A stretch of 64,000 bases of DNA from Spirochaetia bacterium. GTDB taxonomy: Bacteria > Spirochaetota > Spirochaetia > SZUA-6 > Bin103. The notes below the pieces were generated by a model. That model made no database searches, was not told the origin of the DNA, and worked only from the letters and a program-made list of their open reading frames with translations. Position 1 is the stretch's first letter. Every line of letters begins with the position of its first letter. Where the stretch lies: contig CBDATQ010000001.1 in assembly GCA_965199955.1 (NCBI GenBank), forward strand, positions 1,856,001 to 1,920,000, read 5' to 3'. The position numbers and the translations under genes were made by a program. This document shows positions 60,874-64,000 of the stretch, piece by piece.

Positions 60874-61395
60874 GCGACCGCCTCGTCTCAGGAGGCTCGC
60901 CGTCGCGACCAGGAACGGAGCCCACGACGAGGTCAGTCCTGAGAATCGAGCGCCCAGAGACCTGCAGAGACGCAAGGCACGAGCGCGCAACGGCCCGTTG
61001 AAGGTCTGATATCGGATGAACGGTGGATTGCCGGCCGCACACTCGAAGCGCTCGTCGGTATCGGATGCCCACGTGAAGAAATCGCTTCGGTAGATCCGTG
61101 CAAGCGGCGCACGGCGCTTGGCCGTCGCTACTGCATGTCCATCCCGCTCGATTCCAACGCTGTTTGGGTGATAGGCTACGAAACGACCGTCGCCACAGGA
61201 CGGGTCCAGAAGACGGTCGGTGTCGGCGTGCACTGACAGCGAACCAGTGTCGAAACAACGGGTTCCGGAGTGTAGTACGCGCCGGTGTCCTTTTGGAGAG
61301 AACTCACCGGGAGTTCGGGACCATCATCGGCGATGTCAGGTGGCGAGAGGGGTTCCAGTCCGTCGAGCAACGGCTGCAGCACAGCAGATGCCGCC
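60874..61395 (-). pseudogene. N6-adenine DNA methyltransferase (Eco57I/type IIG-like), frameshifted and truncated at the IS
   Basis: GAYYTPEPVV, frameshift near 61235, then LLDPSCGDGRF and GNPPFIRYQ, ending at LLRRGGR at the IS end. Confidence 0.85.
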
Positions 61396-61641
61396 ATCTT
61401 CAACGGAAAACAACGTACGCACGTGTTCTTCCTCGAAGCGTCCGTAGAGCTGACCGATCGCAGCACTCAGAAAAGCTGGCGTCAAGGTATTGACGCCACG
61501 GAACGACAATACCGTCCGCCGCCCTTCGTCCAACTCGCGAGCAAGGCGTCCGTACAAGGCATGCCCGTCATGGGAAGCGACACAAAGAGGGCTTCCCGTT
61601 TCGTTAAGAACGGAGAGTCGCATAGTCTCTTGTTCTGCCAT
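61336..61641 (-). pseudogene. STAS-like DUF4325 protein, C-terminally truncated
   Basis: CVASHDG...VLSFRGVNTLTPAFLSAAIGQLYGRF; family similarity is lost after SVED. Confidence 0.7.
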
Positions 61642-61708
61642 GGAACATCCTTGTCTTCGCACCGCGCTGGCCTCTGCTGGCTACTATGCTCCGTGCGGCG
61701 CCTGCGCT

Positions 61709-62866
61709 TCAATCCGCAGACGTGTTGGAGGTGGCGAAGGTGACGAGCCGCTGCAGGCCTTCGCGCAGGAGGTCCGGGCTGGTGGCCAAGGAGATGCGTA
61801 CGCGGCCTTTGCCGCCGGCGCCGAACGTCTCGCCGGGCGCGACGGCCACGTCGGCTTCCTCGACCAGGCGGCGTGCGTAGGCGTAGGTGTCGGCGACCCG
61901 GCCCGGCAGGTCGACCAGTAGGTAGAAGGCGCCCTCCGGCCGATAGCGGCAGAGTCCGGCGTCCGTGAGCAGCTCGCAGGCAAGGTCGCGCCGCTCGCGG
62001 TAGGCGCCGACCATGGCGGCGACGCAGTCCTGCGGGCCGGCGAGCGCCGCCAGCGTGGCGTGCTGGGAGAGCACCGGCGCGCACGACACGGTCGCTTCCT
62101 GGAGCTTCACGAGCAGCGGCGCGAACGGCTTGGGGCAGGCGACGTAGCCGATTCGCCAGCCGGTCATGGCGTAGCTCTTGGAGAAGCTGCCGACCGTGAA
62201 GCAGCGGTCGCCGGCGCCCAGGCTGGCAGGACTCACGTGCGCGCCGTCGAAGACGATCTTCTCGTAGCACTCGTCGCTGACGAGGTAGAGATCGTGGCGG
62301 CAGGCCAGCTCGACGATCGCCGCCAGCCGGTCGCGGCGGATGACGGTCCCGGTCGGGTTCGACGGGCTGCCGATCACGATCGCCTTGGTGCGCGGGGAGA
62401 CGGCGGCGGCCAGCGCATCGAGGTCGGGCTGGTAGCCGTCCGCGGCGGGAAGCGGGTAGGGGACCCACTCGGCGCCGCACAGCTCGGCGGTCATCCGGTA
62501 GTTGGGATAGCCGGGATCGGGCACCAGGAGCTGGTCGCCGGGCTCCAGCACGCTCAGCAGGCTGCCGTACAGGGCGCCCATGGCGCCGATGGTGACGATG
62601 ATCTGCTCGCCCGCGACGCGGACGCCGTTGTCGCGGTGCAGAGCGGCGGCGAGCGCCTCGCACAGCTCCGGCAGGCCGGCGTTGGCCGTGTAGCCGGTAT
62701 GGCCCTGCTCGGCGGCGCGGTTGGCGGCCGCGACGATGTGCGGCGGGGTCGGGAAGTTCGGCTGGCCGATCTCCAGGTGAATGACGCCCGGGCGCTGCGC
62801 GAGGTCCATGATCTCGCGGATGCCCGAGCGCGGCACGGCCGCGACGCGGGGATTGATCGGTCGCAC
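61709..62866 (-). CDS. PLP-dependent aminotransferase class I/II (aspartate aminotransferase-like)
   Basis: LEIGQPNF, YTANAG, SPSNPTG, SDECYE, SFSKSYAMTGWRIG. Confidence 0.95.
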   Translation of the reverse strand: MRPINPRVAAVPRSGIREIMDLAQRPGVIHLEIGQPNFPTPPHIVAAANRAAEQGHTGYTANAGLPELCEALAAALHRDNGVRVAGEQIIVTIGAMGALYGSLLSVLEPGDQLLVPDPGYPNYRMTAELCGAEWVPYPLPAADGYQPDLDALAAAVSPRTKAIVIGSPSNPTGTVIRRDRLAAIVELACRHDLYLVSDECYEKIVFDGAHVSPASLGAGDRCFTVGSFSKSYAMTGWRIGYVACPKPFAPLLVKLQEATVSCAPVLSQHATLAALAGPQDCVAAMVGAYRERRDLACELLTDAGLCRYRPEGAFYLLVDLPGRVADTYAYARRLVEEADVAVAPGETFGAGGKGRVRISLATSPDLLREGLQRLVTFATSNTSAD

Positions 62867-62884
62867 GGGAGGGTCCTTCCCCGC

Positions 62885-64000
62885 TCAGGCGTCGCGGGCG
62901 GCTTCCACGGCGCGTCCGGGCGTGACGGACACGCCGAATCGCGGCAGCACCTGCTCCATGGCGTTCAGGATCGCGCAGACCGAGTCGAGGTTGGCCACGA
63001 AGCCCATAAGGCCGATGCGGCTGCCGGCGTAGCCCATCTCGCCCACCGCCTGCGAGCCGCCGGCGGTGGCGATGCCGTACTCGCGCCAGACGGTCTGCAT
63101 GTAGTCCTGAGTCGGGAACGTGTCGCCGGGCATGGCCACGCAGGTCGAGCACGAGGCGGCGATCCGCTCGTGGGCCAGCACCCGCAATCCCATGGCGCGG
63201 ATGCCCGCGCGCAGCGCCCGGCCGGCGGCGGCGTGGCGGGCGATCACGCGTTCCGGTCCCTCGTCCATGATCTCGCGCAGCGCGCCCTGCAGGGCCAGCA
63301 GCAGCGAATAGGACTGCGACGGGCCGTGCGCGGCCTTGTACTCGGTCACCGAGCTGTCGACGGCGCCGCCCTCCTCGGCCGAGTCGCCGTTCGCGGACGG
63401 TTCGGGCGGCGCCTCGCCGCGGTCGGTCGCCCTGGCATGCCGCTGGCCGTCATGCCACTTCCGCCACGTCACCAGGTCCAGGCACAGGCCCGCGATCGGG
63501 CTCGACCGCCGCTCGGCGGCCTGCCAGGCGCGCGGTCCCACGGTCACGATGGCGATCCCCTGCGGAGCGTTCACGCACTTCTGGCTGCTGGTGCAGCAGA
63601 CGTCGATGCCCCATTCGTCGATGTGCAGCGGCTCGGAGGTCAGCGACGAGACCGCGTCCACCAAGTAGAGGACGTCCGGGAACTCCTCGCGGATCATGGC
63701 GCCGATCTCGCGGACGGGATTGAGGGTGCCGGCCGTGGTCTCCAGGTGGACGACCGCGAACATCTTCGCCTCGGGATGATCACGCAGCGCCTGCCGCGCC
63801 TGCTCGACGGTGATCGCGGTGCCGTGCGGCAGCTTGATCTCCGCGGCGGTGGCGCCGACCACGGTGACCAGGTCGGTGAGGACCTGGCCGAACATGCCGG
63901 TGTTGACCGTGACACAGATGTCGCCGTGCTCCAGAAAGGTGTTGAACGCTGCCTCCTCGCCGTAGGTGGCCGACCCGACCGGCAGCAGCACGTCGCCTTC
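62885..64000 (-). CDS. PLP-dependent aminotransferase class V (serine-pyruvate/alanine-glyoxylate-like); 5' end outside the window
   Basis: GMFG, VHLETTAGTLNP, VDAVSS, SSQKC, RIGLMG. Confidence 0.92.
   Translation of the reverse strand, partial: EGDVLLPVGSATYGEEAAFNTFLEHGDICVTVNTGMFGQVLTDLVTVVGATAAEIKLPHGTAITVEQARQALRDHPEAKMFAVVHLETTAGTLNPVREIGAMIREEFPDVLYLVDAVSSLTSEPLHIDEWGIDVCCTSSQKCVNAPQGIAIVTVGPRAWQAAERRSSPIAGLCLDLVTWRKWHDGQRHARATDRGEAPPEPSANGDSAEEGGAVDSSVTEYKAAHGPSQSYSLLLALQGALREIMDEGPERVIARHAAAGRALRAGIRAMGLRVLAHERIAASCSTCVAMPGDTFPTQDYMQTVWREYGIATAGGSQAVGEMGYAGSRIGLMGFVANLDSVCAILNAMEQVLPRFGVSVTPGRAVEAARDA

Overview
High-GC bacterial chromosome segment with no rRNA, tRNA or CRISPR array visible. 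Most of it is catabolic and transport genes: three ABC importer operons, a MacAB-like exporter, an MFS transporter, GH127, DUF2961/GH172, BNR and beta-propeller glycosidase-like proteins, a sulfatase, four intact PhyH-family dioxygenases, an amidohydrolase plus Rieske ferredoxin pair, and an NfeD plus two-flotillin operon. Housekeeping genes are hisI, hisG, tag, arfB and two aminotransferases. Defence and toxin-antitoxin material is interspersed: a DUF1156 DNA methylase divergent from a 5'-truncated HEPN-DUF499 ATPase, an AAA_21 ATPase/DUF4276 TOPRIM pair followed by a broken NDT-like gene, an intact vapBC, an Rpn gene with a probable nested antitoxin, an AAA/PD-(D/E)XK protein, two orphan antitoxins, and an IS1634-family element next to a broken N6-methylase. 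The most striking pattern is about a dozen gene remnants at operon boundaries. Several are in-frame mini-genes that keep their start, N-terminus and C-terminus, and often their RBS or translational coupling, but have lost the middle. Five genes share a -10 box/6-nt/start-codon layout typical of leaderless transcripts. All family calls come from motif recognition by eye; no database search was run. The gene content resembles host-associated (e.g. sponge) Spirochaetota-like genomes, but that is a weak inference.
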